Shown one piece after another: positions 40,494 through 50,607 of a stretch of 64,000 bases of DNA. The stretch comes from Candidatus Latescibacterota bacterium (GTDB taxonomy: Bacteria > Latescibacterota > UBA2968 > UBA8231), in contig OZ253462.1 in assembly GCA_965261395.1 (NCBI GenBank), positions 3,168,001 to 3,232,000 of the forward strand. The letters run 5' to 3'. The notes under the pieces are model-generated. The model saw only the letters and a list, made by a program, of their open reading frames with translations. It made no database searches and was not told where the DNA came from. Each line of letters starts with the position of its first letter. Positions within the stretch are counted from its first letter, which is position 1. The position numbers and the translations under genes are program-made.

Positions 40494-42057
40494 GCGTTGG
40501 CTGGGAGCGGCATTTTGTTCGGCGCTGGTCGGCCTAAGCGGCTGCGCCGAGGACGGCCCGGCCGTGGCCACTGAAGATGCCGTCTTGGTGGAGGTGGGGC
40601 CAACGGCGATTCGGGTGGCGGACTACCGCCAGTTCATCGCGCGGGTGGCGCCGGAATTGCGGGCCGAGTACGGGGCCGAGCAGTTATTGCAGGCCATCGT
40701 CGAGCAAACGCTGCTCGTGCAAGAAGCCGAGCGGCGGGGATTGAGCGAGAGCGCGGAGTTTTTGCAATGGCAGGCGCAGGCGCAGGCACAGCTGGTGCAG
40801 CAGGCCTTGTACGAGCGCGCCGGTATCGTCCAACCCGAGGTCGCCGAGGAGGAGCTGCGGACCTACTTCCAGCACAGCCCGTACAACCGCCAAGTGCGCT
40901 TCAGCCTGCTGATGGTGCGCGACCAAGAGCAGCTACCGGAGATTTTGGCCTCGCTCGCCGAGGGAGCGGACTTTGAAGAGCTATCGATGCAGCACTCGCA
41001 GGACTCGCGGATCCTAGAGCGCCGCGCCGACATGGGCTATCACCGCTGGGGCGACACTATGGCCTCGCACGCCGCCCTGACCGAAAGGGCCTTCTCCATG
41101 CAGATCGGGGAGATCTCCGAGCCGCTGCAGGTGGCCGATGGGTACTTTCTCATCAAGCTCACGGACACGCACCCGGTCAGCTTTGAGCAGGAGCGGGAGA
41201 CCGTTCAGCGCTTGGTGCTGCGGGAGAGGCTCGGGCGACAGCTATTGGCTTATTACGATACCCTGCACGTGCGCTATAATGTGCGCTACGAGCCGGATGG
41301 GTTGGCGGCGGACCGGTCGCCAGAGGCGGTCGTGGCTGCGTACGACGGCGGGGTGCTAACGGTCGCACAGGCCCGCGAACTGCTAAAGGGTCAGGCCACG
41401 GGCGAAAAGGTGCTGCGGCGCGAGGTCGGGCGGCGCGTGTTGGTCCCGCTCGAAACCGCGCGGCTTGCGCTCGCCGCCGACCCGGACCTGCTGCGCGAAT
41501 TAGCGCGACTGCGGCAGATGCAGCTTGCGCGGCGCTTGCAGGACGCGCAGCAAGCGCAGGTGCCACCACCCAATCCCAACGGCCTGAGCCTGTTTTACGA
41601 GGAGCACAAGCTCCGTTATACCGCGCCAGCCGAGGTGGAGGTGCGTCGGCTTCTCGCCAGCGACGAGGCCGAGGGCACCGCCATCGTCGAGCGGCTGCGC
41701 ACCGGCCGCGATACGACGGCGCTGGTTGACCGCTTCGTCAGCGTTTTTTACGGCAGCGGCGCGTTGGAGGGCGACAATCCGGTTAGCCGTGCCCTGCGCG
41801 CCGACGAAGGGACTTTCCACGGCCCCTTTGCCACGGATAATGGTTATATTGTCTTGCAGGTGTTGCGCCGCCGCCCGGACCGGCTGCCACCGCTGGACGA
41901 AATCCGCGAGCAGGTGGAGGCGGATTGGGCGGCGGCCCAGCTCCAAGCTGCGATCAAGGAGCTGGCCGCGTCTCTGCGCCAGCGCCGCGCCAACGAAATC
42001 CGCTTCAGCCCAGACGCTGTGGCACTAGCCCTTTTGGCCACTTCTCATGGCGAATAA
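40486..42057 (+). CDS. Parvulin-type PPIase lipoprotein
   Basis: Lipobox LSGC; GADFEELSMQHS, GEISEPL..GYFLIK, GPFATDNGY. Confidence 0.8.
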   Translation: MSKRWLGAAFCSALVGLSGCAEDGPAVATEDAVLVEVGPTAIRVADYRQFIARVAPELRAEYGAEQLLQAIVEQTLLVQEAERRGLSESAEFLQWQAQAQAQLVQQALYERAGIVQPEVAEEELRTYFQHSPYNRQVRFSLLMVRDQEQLPEILASLAEGADFEELSMQHSQDSRILERRADMGYHRWGDTMASHAALTERAFSMQIGEISEPLQVADGYFLIKLTDTHPVSFEQERETVQRLVLRERLGRQLLAYYDTLHVRYNVRYEPDGLAADRSPEAVVAAYDGGVLTVAQARELLKGQATGEKVLRREVGRRVLVPLETARLALAADPDLLRELARLRQMQLARRLQDAQQAQVPPPNPNGLSLFYEEHKLRYTAPAEVEVRRLLASDEAEGTAIVERLRTGRDTTALVDRFVSVFYGSGALEGDNPVSRALRADEGTFHGPFATDNGYIVLQVLRRRPDRLPPLDEIREQVEADWAAAQLQAAIKELAASLRQRRANEIRFSPDAVALALLATSHGE

Positions 42058-43099
42058 TTCCATCGTCCTGCAACCTGCCTATATCGTCGATCGCCGGCAG
42101 GACTACGTGTGGTTTGTGGGGCTACCGTTTGCTGCGGTGGGCTTTGCGCTAGTGTCGGGGCACTACCTGCCAGGGGCCGCGCTGGCGGCCATTGCCTTGT
42201 GGGTGACCATTCCGCATCACTTCGTCACTTGGCTGCGCGTCTATGGCTCGCCTGCGGAGTTTGCCCGCTTCAAGGAGCGCTTCCTTCTCGGGCCGGTGCT
42301 CTTAGTTGCCTTTGCCTACGGCCTGATCCAATGGGCGCCGTTGAGCTTGGTGTTGATCGTGACGTTGTGGGATCACCAACACAGCTTGATGCAGCAGTAC
42401 GGCTTTGCGCGCGTGTACGACTTCAAGGCCAAGGCTGGCACGCCCGCAACCGCTAAGTTCGACTTGGCCCTCAATTGGATCTTCTTTGGCAACATGCTCG
42501 TGGTGTCGCCGCTGTTTTCCACGGTCTGGGTGCGCATGTTGCACGAGTGGCACTTGCCCATCAGCGCGGAGGCGGTAAAGACGGTACACCTCGTCTCGTG
42601 GACTATTGCTATTGCCTACGGCCTGATCTACTTGGGGCACATTGCCTATTGCGCCCGGCGCGGCTTGGCGCTCAATCCCCTCAAATACGCCTTTCTGCTG
42701 TCGAGCTATTTCCTGTGGTACTTCACTAGCTTTACCACGGCCTATCTACTCGTCTTTGCGGTGGCGCACCGGATCATGCACGGGATCCAGTACATCGTCA
42801 TGGTGTATTTCTACAATCGCCACAAAGTCGAGCGCACGGGCGGCGACTCGGCCCTGATGCGCTATGTGTCGAGCAAGGGGGGCGTCAAGTTCTTTCTCCT
42901 AATGTGCGCGGCCTACGCCGTCGTCTTTCACGCGCTGAGCGAGGGCTTGGTGCGCGACTTTGGCTTTGGCCTAGTCGGCTTCAATACCAATTTCGACCTC
43001 TTCAGCTATTCGCTGCTCAGTTCCTTTGCTCTGATCCACTACTACTACGACGCATTTATATGGAAAGTGCGGAAAAAGGACGTGCAGGAGGGGCTGTAG
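42047..43099 (+). CDS. His-rich polytopic membrane protein of unknown function
   Basis: TMs with PHHF, HQHxxxQxYGF, HRIMHGIQY and HYYYDAFIW motifs. Confidence 0.7.
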   Translation: MANNSIVLQPAYIVDRRQDYVWFVGLPFAAVGFALVSGHYLPGAALAAIALWVTIPHHFVTWLRVYGSPAEFARFKERFLLGPVLLVAFAYGLIQWAPLSLVLIVTLWDHQHSLMQQYGFARVYDFKAKAGTPATAKFDLALNWIFFGNMLVVSPLFSTVWVRMLHEWHLPISAEAVKTVHLVSWTIAIAYGLIYLGHIAYCARRGLALNPLKYAFLLSSYFLWYFTSFTTAYLLVFAVAHRIMHGIQYIVMVYFYNRHKVERTGGDSALMRYVSSKGGVKFFLLMCAAYAVVFHALSEGLVRDFGFGLVGFNTNFDLFSYSLLSSFALIHYYYDAFIWKVRKKDVQEGL

Positions 43100-43164
43100 C
43101 AGAGGCTCTGTTGCGCTGCGGCAAAGTAGCTACTGACCACTCATCAGGACCAGGAGATTGAGCC

Positions 43165-45006
43165 ATGCTCGAAGTCGTCCTCGCCGTCGCTGTGTTCGCC
43201 GTCGCTGCGGCCATTGTCCGCCAAGTCACGGCCGATGCGTGCTACGACCTCTCCGACGGGGAGCGCCATCCCCATAAGTGGGGCTACACGGATACCCGCT
43301 TTGAGTTCGACGGACCGAAGACCGTGCGGGTTACTGGCAGCCGCTATCCGATAGCCGGCTTCACCATGCCGCACTTCATCCCCTTTGTCGAAGAAATGCT
43401 CCAGGTCCCGATTGATCCCAATGAGATGGCCGTTGAAAAAGAGGTCCAAGCCGTGCCGCCCTCGCGAGCAGACGAAAGCCTCGTCGCCGCTTGGCAGGAC
43501 GCGCTCGGCGCAGAGCGGGTGTCGCTCGACGACGCAGAGCGCCTAATCCACAGCCACGGCCAGCTCAGCGTCGATGAGGTCTATCGCTTGCTCTACGGCG
43601 ACGCCTTGGAGCGAGTGGTCGATTTAGTGCTTTATCCAGAGAGCGAAGACCACGTGCGCACCATCGTGCGTCTCGCCTCCGAGCACAATGTTTGTCTCGT
43701 GCCCTACGGCGGCGGCACCAACGTCAGCGGCGCGCTGGCCCTGCCCGTCGACGATGGCCGCGTCTTCGCTTCGGTCGATATGCGGCGCATGAACCGGATC
43801 GTCTCTCTCGACGAGGAAAACCTCCAAGCCTGCATCGAAGCGGGGATTTCGGGCAAGGAGCTGGAGCGGGAACTCACCGCCCGGGGCTACACCGTCGGCC
43901 ACGACCCCGACAGCATTGAACTTTCGACCTTGGGCGGCTGGATCGCCACCAACGCCAGCGGCATGAAGAAAAACCGCTACGGCAATATCGAAGACATCGT
44001 CCTCGAAGCGACCCTGGTGACGCCGACCGGCGCGGTGGAGACTTTGCACACTACGCCGCGCAACTCGACCGGCATCCAGCCGCGCGGGCTGCTTTTTGGC
44101 TCGGAGGGCAACCTCGGCATCATCACCAAGGCCGTGCTCAAGATCCATCCTCAACCGGAAGTGCGCGAATACGGTTCGCTGGTGTTCAAGTCCTTTGCCC
44201 AAGGCGTGGAGTACTTGCAGGCGCTGCGGCAGACTGGGACTTTGCCGGCGAGTATTCGCTTGGTCAATAACCAAGAATTCCGCTTTGGACAGGCCCTCAA
44301 GGCCGCGCCCTCTCCTGTGAAGCACCTCAAGGAAAAGGTGCAGAAGTTTGCCTTATTGAAGGTGTTGGGCTTTGACCCGCTAAAAATGGCGGCGTGTACG
44401 ATCGCCATGGAGGGGACCCGCGCCGAGGTCGCGCATCAGAAGCGGACGATCTTCAAGCTGGCCAAGGCCCACGGCGGCAAGAGTGCCGGCGCTACCAACG
44501 GCCGGCGCGGCTACATGCTGACCTTTGGGATCGCCTATATCCGCGACTTTTTAAACCAGTTCGATTTCTTGGGCGAGACCTTTGAGACCTCCGTGCCTTG
44601 GAGCCGCATCCACGACGTGACGCAGGCCGTGCAAGCGGAGTTGGTCGCGCAGTGTAGCGCACGCGGCGTCGCTGGGCGGCCCTACCTGTCGTACCGGGTG
44701 ACGCAGACGTATCACACGGGGGTCTGCATCTACTTTACGATGGGGTTTTCCGGGCGGGGATTGGCGCAACCCATTGAGGTCTATCACGAGATTGAGCATA
44801 TGCTGCGGCAGACGATTTTGGACCACGGCGGCTCGCTGTCGCACCACCACGGGGTAGGCAAAATCCGGCAGAGCTTCGTCCGGCACATCCAGAGCGACAA
44901 CAGCATCGAAGTATTGCGAAAGACCAAGGAAGCGCTGGATCCGCAGAATATCTTTGGCATTCAGAATGGGATTTTTGGCAGTGCGTGCCGGGAGCCTGAG
45001 GAATAA
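43165..45006 (+). CDS. agpS: Alkyl-dihydroxyacetone-phosphate synthase (FAD-binding, VAO/PCMH fold)
   Basis: PYGGGTNV, GHDPDSIELSTLGGWIATNASGMKKNRYGNIED, GSEGNLGIIT, GETFETSVPW, RVTQTY, GGSLSHHHGVGK. Confidence 0.88.
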   Translation: MLEVVLAVAVFAVAAAIVRQVTADACYDLSDGERHPHKWGYTDTRFEFDGPKTVRVTGSRYPIAGFTMPHFIPFVEEMLQVPIDPNEMAVEKEVQAVPPSRADESLVAAWQDALGAERVSLDDAERLIHSHGQLSVDEVYRLLYGDALERVVDLVLYPESEDHVRTIVRLASEHNVCLVPYGGGTNVSGALALPVDDGRVFASVDMRRMNRIVSLDEENLQACIEAGISGKELERELTARGYTVGHDPDSIELSTLGGWIATNASGMKKNRYGNIEDIVLEATLVTPTGAVETLHTTPRNSTGIQPRGLLFGSEGNLGIITKAVLKIHPQPEVREYGSLVFKSFAQGVEYLQALRQTGTLPASIRLVNNQEFRFGQALKAAPSPVKHLKEKVQKFALLKVLGFDPLKMAACTIAMEGTRAEVAHQKRTIFKLAKAHGGKSAGATNGRRGYMLTFGIAYIRDFLNQFDFLGETFETSVPWSRIHDVTQAVQAELVAQCSARGVAGRPYLSYRVTQTYHTGVCIYFTMGFSGRGLAQPIEVYHEIEHMLRQTILDHGGSLSHHHGVGKIRQSFVRHIQSDNSIEVLRKTKEALDPQNIFGIQNGIFGSACREPEE

Positions 45007-45799
45007 AACAGTCGTTATCACCGGTGCTTCTGCGGGCTTGGGCGCGACGCTGGCGCGGGAGTGCGCCCAGCAGGGAGCGCGGTTGGTTGTCTTAGCGCGG
45101 AATGCCGAGCGGCTGGAGGCGGTCGCCCGAGAGTGCGAGCAGTTGGCAAGCGAGGTGCTGACCGTCGTCGGGGATGTCGCCGTGGCCGAGGATGGCAAGC
45201 GGCTGGTGGAGGCCGCGATCGAGCGCTTTGGGCGCATAGACTACTTGGTCGCCAACGCCGGCGTTAGCATGTGGACCGAGTTTGCCGCGATCGAGGATGT
45301 GGCGTTGTTCCGCAAGCTGATGGAAGTGAATTACTTGGGGGCGGTGCACTGCGTGCATCCGGCGCTGCCGCATCTCAAAAAAAGCAAGGGCCTATTCGTG
45401 GTCATTTCGTCCATTCAGGGGCAGGTGGGGGTGCCGCTGCACACGGGGTACTCGGCGTCCAAACACGCGCTACAGGGGTTTTGCGATGCGCTGCGGATGG
45501 AGGTGGCCGAGAGCGGGGTGGGGGTGATGACCGTGCTCTTGCACTGGCTCAAGGGGACGGAGCTGCGGCAACGCGCACTGGGGAAAGACGGGAAGGCGTT
45601 GGGCACTGCATCGCGCAAACACCGGGCGGAAGCGGTGAGTTTAGAAGAGGCGTCGCAGGCAATTGTGCGCGGGATGCAGAAGCGACAGCCGCGGCTTTAT
45701 GTGCCTAGGCGGCTCAGGCTGCTGGCGGCGGTCCACGCCCTGTGGCCGACGCTGGCTGAATGGGTCGTCAAGGGGAAGGTGGCGCGGGAGGAAGGGTAG
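44981..45799 (+). CDS. Short-chain dehydrogenase/reductase (DHRS7/7B-like)
   Basis: TGASAGLG, ANAG, YSASKHALQGFCDALRME; start uncertain (44954-44981). Confidence 0.88.
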   Translation: MRAGSLRNKTVVITGASAGLGATLARECAQQGARLVVLARNAERLEAVARECEQLASEVLTVVGDVAVAEDGKRLVEAAIERFGRIDYLVANAGVSMWTEFAAIEDVALFRKLMEVNYLGAVHCVHPALPHLKKSKGLFVVISSIQGQVGVPLHTGYSASKHALQGFCDALRMEVAESGVGVMTVLLHWLKGTELRQRALGKDGKALGTASRKHRAEAVSLEEASQAIVRGMQKRQPRLYVPRRLRLLAAVHALWPTLAEWVVKGKVAREEG

Positions 45800-45806
45800 G
45801 TTGGGG

Positions 45807-48576
45807 CTATGACTGTTCGACGCGGAGCCGATCGCCCAGTTCGAGATCGTCCAGAATCTGCTGCAATTCAGCCTCCATGTTCTGTGCAAATTGCGAGCGG
45901 ACACTCACGGTAAATTCAATACCGACGCTAAGGTCTTCCCCGGAGCGCAGCTTGGGCAGCATCTTGGTTCCTAGCCGGTTCCAGACTTCGGGAGGTACGG
46001 TGCCGGTAAGCCGAAGCGTTGTCTTTTGATTGTCCGGGCTCGGTGCAGGATCCGGTCCCGATTCAAGCTCTGGCTGGGGTGCTGGCTCTGGGCTCGGCGC
46101 GGGTTCCGGTTGCGTCTGGGACGAATCTTCAGATGCGACTTTGAGTTCTTTGGCTTTGGTCACCAAGAAGACATTTTTCTCAAACGCCACTTCCTCGGCT
46201 TCGACCGACTCTTCATACCACAGCCGATTAAAGCCGCCATCGTCCTTGGCACCAGAGGCTAGGCCGAACTCTCCCTTCGCCACGAACTCAACGACCTTCT
46301 GACGCAGGATCGCGTCTGGATCGAGCAGCCGCGTCAATGCGCCGTTCAGAAAGCTCTGGCGCAGACTTGTGAGCGGCCAAGCGCCGGTGTCTTTGAACGC
46401 CGACGGCCAGTGGCGATCAATGTAGCCTGCACCCACGTTCTCGTTGAGCAGGGCCTCGGATTTCAAGGCACTGATAATCCGTCCGCAGAGGGTTTCGCTG
46501 GCGCTCGCGTGACCGGCCCCGAGGTCGATGATCTTGAGCCCATGCTTTTCCTGAGTATCCGCAAGCGCGACGAAGCGATAGCCGGCCCATACTTCGTCCT
46601 TGGCCGCGGTCTCCGCGTCCCGAACATGGGTCTGAATCTCGGCGCGGTCGGCGCGGTCGTATTCTGAGCCGAGGACGCCCTCGCTTACCTCTTGCGCCAC
46701 GCGCTTCCAAGCGAGCCATAGCTCGACCTTATCGCGCAGTTCACGCCCCGGTTTCCTCGCACACCAGACCAACGAACCTGGGTACAGCCGTGGCGAAGTG
46801 CCCCGCTCTTGCGTCCAATGACCAATGCGTTCGACCACTTGGTTGCCGTTTATCCATTCCTGATCGGGGTCGAGGACGATCAGGGTGAGGCGCGGAGAAT
46901 CTTGGACTGTGGTGCTGTCCTGTGGGAAGAAAGCTATCGGCAGGGTCGCGCCGCGTTTGAACTCCTCCTCGACCAGCTTGTGGACCGCCGGCTTGATCTC
47001 TGTAGCCTCGTCGAGCGAAGCCCGTCGGTCGCTGACGACCTTGCGCAGCGTCGCTTGATGGTGAATGCGATAGCCGTCCGTGCCGACCTTGCGGATAAAG
47101 AACCCCGACCCTTCGAGAGCCGTTGCCGCGCTGTCAATAGTCGTGGTCTCGACCTCGGGCTCGCCGAGCGCAAAGCGCAATTCCGGCAGATGGGCCACCT
47201 TGTCCACCTGTCCACCGGAGGACTCGAAGAGGATGGCCGTGCCTACCCGGCGGTGGATGTCGCGCAGCGCACCCGTGGCGTCCGCATCTAGGGATCTGGC
47301 ATGTGCCATCGGCCCGGCGAGGTCGGCGTCAATTGCCACGTCGAGCCGCGACTCGCCCAACTGGCCCAAGACCACGGCGCGAAATTCGGGCACGTCCAAA
47401 GGTGCCGACCCCAGCGTAATCAGCGATTCGGTTCGCGCCCTTGTGAACTGCTCGCGCGCGGCCCAGGAGATCCATTGCGCCAGCATGGCCAGCGCGCCTC
47501 GGGTTTGCTGGAACTGGGTGAGTGCACGCCACTTGCGCTGGAAGACCGAAAGGGTTGCCGGATGGAAGGGATAGCACGCCTCGAATCGCGCCCGCAGAAA
47601 TTCTTTTGCTTTGGTCTCGGTCGTCGTGGTATCGACCGCTAGCCACTCGGCGGGCAAGCGAGCGGTGCGTTCAAAACACCAGTCCGCGTAGGTCTTGGCG
47701 ACGCGCTTGCGAAGGCGCTCGTTGCCGAGGTCCTCGAACAGCCGCCGGCGCACCACCTCGCTGATTTCGGATTCGTCATTGGCGATCAGGTCGCGGGCGA
47801 CACGGCGCACCACCTTGGTGATCCGGTCCTGCCACTGTTGATCCCAATCGGTCATTTCGACTTGGCTGCGCGGTAGGCTGATGACCGCTGCGGCCTGAGT
47901 GGTGCCGGTGACGGCGACGGTCAGGTTTTGTAGGAAAGCGTGGAAAGGCTCAGCCATGGGGCGATGGCGATTGACGAAGTTCAGGACTTCATCGAATAAC
48001 AGCAGCACGGGCGCGTCCGCAGCGGCGAATACGTTGGCTAGTGCCTCGGTTCCTGGTGGTGTGGTCTGTGCGGCAGCGCCGAGCGCAGCGACGCCCTTAT
48101 CGCCGGCTAGTTGGCGCGCTAGGTCAATCCAAGGCGTTTCCTTGCCTTCCACAGGATCCCAGGCATTGCCGACGAAGACGCCGACGCGGGCGGGCGGGGC
48201 TTCTGCAATCCCCGCCTCGTCCAGAAGGTCTGCCACGCCGGGGAACTTGGCGGCATCCGCGCCAGCATTGGCGATATGGTACAGGGAAGCCAGTGTATGC
48301 GTCTTGCCGCCGCCGAATTGGGTGACGAGCGTGAGGACTGGTGCCGTGTTCTCGGTCTTGCCGGAAAGACGCCGGAGGACCATGCCGGCGTGTTCCTTAC
48401 AGGGCGCGGGTGAAGCAGGTACGCGAAAAAAATTGCGCTGGATCGCGGTAATCCACGGGGGCGGTTTGGGCTACGATCTGCTCAAGGGCGATGGCGAACT
48501 CGTCCGGGCTGAACGAGCGGCCTTCGCGAACTTCTTTACGGAGCGTTACGATTTTATACCAAGGGTCGAGGGCCAT
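45807..48576 (-). pseudogene. DUF499 AAA+ ATPase, frameshifted near the 5' end
   Basis: MALDPWYK...RTCFTRAL from ATG 48576, extra base at about 48399, then KEHAGMVLRRL...; TQFGGGKTH, LLFDE, YPFHP, FQQTRGAL. Confidence 0.85.
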
Positions 48577-48619
48577 TCTGTATCTCTCTTCGATCAGTTA
48601 TCTACGCGGCGGTTCAATC

Positions 48620-48845
48620 TCAGCTCCCCAGCGACTCTAAGCTCGTTACCCAGCCGTTGAACCGAGGGCATTCAGCGCGAATTGTAGCCAAGCCTATCTC
48701 TATTCCCGCCGGCAGATCTGCCGCGGGCGCTGCCAAGCAGAATCGGTGTTGGCTCGACTCCTCTTTCCCGTAAGTGATCCGCGAGAAATTGTTTGACGAA
48801 TTCCTCTTCGGTTTGGCCTTCCACCGATATGGCCAGTCGGATCAC
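48620..48845 (-). pseudogene. DUF4276-like (TOPRIM-like) gene collapsed by an internal deletion
   Basis: N-terminus VIRLAISVEGQTEEEFVK...GGN abuts, out of frame, the C-terminus EIGLATIRAECPRFNGWVTSLE*; GTGA overlap with the ATPase. Confidence 0.75.
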
Positions 48846-49960
48846 GGACGCCCTCCGAGCAAGTTCTTCTGCCAAAGCTCACCGGACGTGAAGTTGTCGT
48901 CGAGCCATACCTGATAGTCATCCGGGGACAGTTTGCGAAACTCAGTACAACCGTCCTGTAGCTCTAATACGAAAATCTCGTTGAGACCGAACGCATCAAC
49001 CAGCAAAGGCGATTGCGTTGCCACAATGACCTGCCGTTCCTCGGCGAGGGACTTTATCATACCCCCGACCAAGGCGATGGCTGCCGGATGCAAGCCCAGT
49101 TCCGGTTCGTCCAACAGGAGTACGTCGGGCAACATCTCGGGCGGTAGATTGAGCAGTGTCACCAAGGCAAAGAACCGTAGCGAGCCGTCAGACGTGAGGT
49201 GTGCACCAAAGGTCTTGTCCGTTCCCTTGGCCTTCCACCTTAGCAGCACTTTTCCGTAGCTCTCCTCGATCTGAAAACGGTCGAAGACTGGCAAGACTCG
49301 GCTGATATGCTGGCAGATTAGCTCATATCGCTTGATGTTTTCCCGCTCCAACCGGTGCAGTACGGCGGCCAAGTTGCCCCCGTGGCTAAGAAGGTAGTTG
49401 TTGTCCTCCGTGTCCCATCTCTTTTTGAAGTCAGATGTATCGGATGTGTCGTGAAATTGATAGACAGCGCAATTGCGAAGCAGGTTCACAATTACCTTGG
49501 CGGTGATGAGGTCGTTAGCAGAAAATTCGCTGGGCTTTGTGACCCGGACAATCTCGGCTTCCTGATGCCCACTTCCCAAGTATTGCCACTCGCTTCTGAA
49601 TCGGAAACTCTCCTCGCTAAAGAAAAAGCGGTCAGGATGAGCGTGGGAAAGTATGAACCGATAGTTGTAGCCGTAGCGGCCCGCTTCGGGTCTCAATCTA
49701 ACCTCGGCCTCTATGCGTGGAGTACGTCGGCTGCCACCATGCAATTGATCGTCGGCCCCTCCTTGCATCTCGACAAACTCGGCAAGTCTGCGAGGCCCAA
49801 GCATCCAGCTCAGCATTTCGAAGAAGCGAATGAAATTGGACTTGCCCGAGCCGTTGGCACCAATTAGGACCGCCGCCTTGGGAATTCCCGCAAGCTCGAC
49901 ATCGGCTAACGACCGGAAACCCTGGATGCGGACATGATCTATAAAGGTTGTTTTACTCAT
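48842..49960 (-). CDS. ABC/AAA_21-type ATPase
   Basis: GANGSGKSN, TSDGSLR, LLLDEPELGLHP, ATQSP. Confidence 0.9.
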   Translation of the reverse strand: MSKTTFIDHVRIQGFRSLADVELAGIPKAAVLIGANGSGKSNFIRFFEMLSWMLGPRRLAEFVEMQGGADDQLHGGSRRTPRIEAEVRLRPEAGRYGYNYRFILSHAHPDRFFFSEESFRFRSEWQYLGSGHQEAEIVRVTKPSEFSANDLITAKVIVNLLRNCAVYQFHDTSDTSDFKKRWDTEDNNYLLSHGGNLAAVLHRLERENIKRYELICQHISRVLPVFDRFQIEESYGKVLLRWKAKGTDKTFGAHLTSDGSLRFFALVTLLNLPPEMLPDVLLLDEPELGLHPAAIALVGGMIKSLAEERQVIVATQSPLLVDAFGLNEIFVLELQDGCTEFRKLSPDDYQVWLDDNFTSGELWQKNLLGGRP

Positions 49961-50121
49961 CGAATATTCTCCCTACGGCGGTCGGCACATCAATCGAGGA
50001 GAAATTTCACTGCTTTATACCAAGGCTCCATCGCTACTCCTCTGGCTCTCACGGATTGAGCGACTCTGCGATGTGGTCGAGTTTCTCGTGTGTCTCCGGG
50101 TGGATCTCGTCTATATCGCAG

Positions 50122-50604
50122 CTATTCTACTCGGCACAGATCTCTCCTGCCAAGTAGTTTCTTATGTGCAGACCTGAATTCCTTGTTCGGGTTCTTTTTT
50201 TTGTCCGTTGAATAAACTTTTCCTAGTGGGTTGTCGATCAACTTCTTGTCCCTGAAATCATCCAGTAAATCCTTATCGTTAGAGTACAATAGACGGGCTC
50301 CGCTGACTTGGGCTAAAGCAAGAACGTGAGGATCATCTGACCTGATTGCGCCTTCACTCTGGATCTGCTCTGTCCTTGCGTCAACTTCGCTTTTGTTTAG
50401 GATGCTCATCTTTCCAGCAAGCAGGAGCTGTTGTGCTTCTTTTCTAAAGCCCTCCGAACTCCCCTCAAGCTCCTCAAGCAGCTTGCCACCGACCATCAGA
50501 CGTCCACTTCCTTTTTTGAGCCATTCCAAGAACTTCTCGCCTGCCGGCGGTAGACTAGAACCGAACACCTCAGAGACGGCGTTTGCGTCAACAATTGCGC
50601 ACAC
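50122..50604 (-). CDS. PIN-domain protein
   Basis: AIVDAN...DDPHVLALA...LLYSNDKDL acidic PIN motifs; 3 bp downstream of the ATPase. Confidence 0.75.
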   Translation of the reverse strand: MCAIVDANAVSEVFGSSLPPAGEKFLEWLKKGSGRLMVGGKLLEELEGSSEGFRKEAQQLLLAGKMSILNKSEVDARTEQIQSEGAIRSDDPHVLALAQVSGARLLYSNDKDLLDDFRDKKLIDNPLGKVYSTDKKKNPNKEFRSAHKKLLGRRDLCRVE

Positions 50605-50607
50605 GTT

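Noticed and set aside
46040-46115. Short PEPAP-type repeats
   Set aside because: An ordinary proline-rich linker before the DUF499 C-terminal domain
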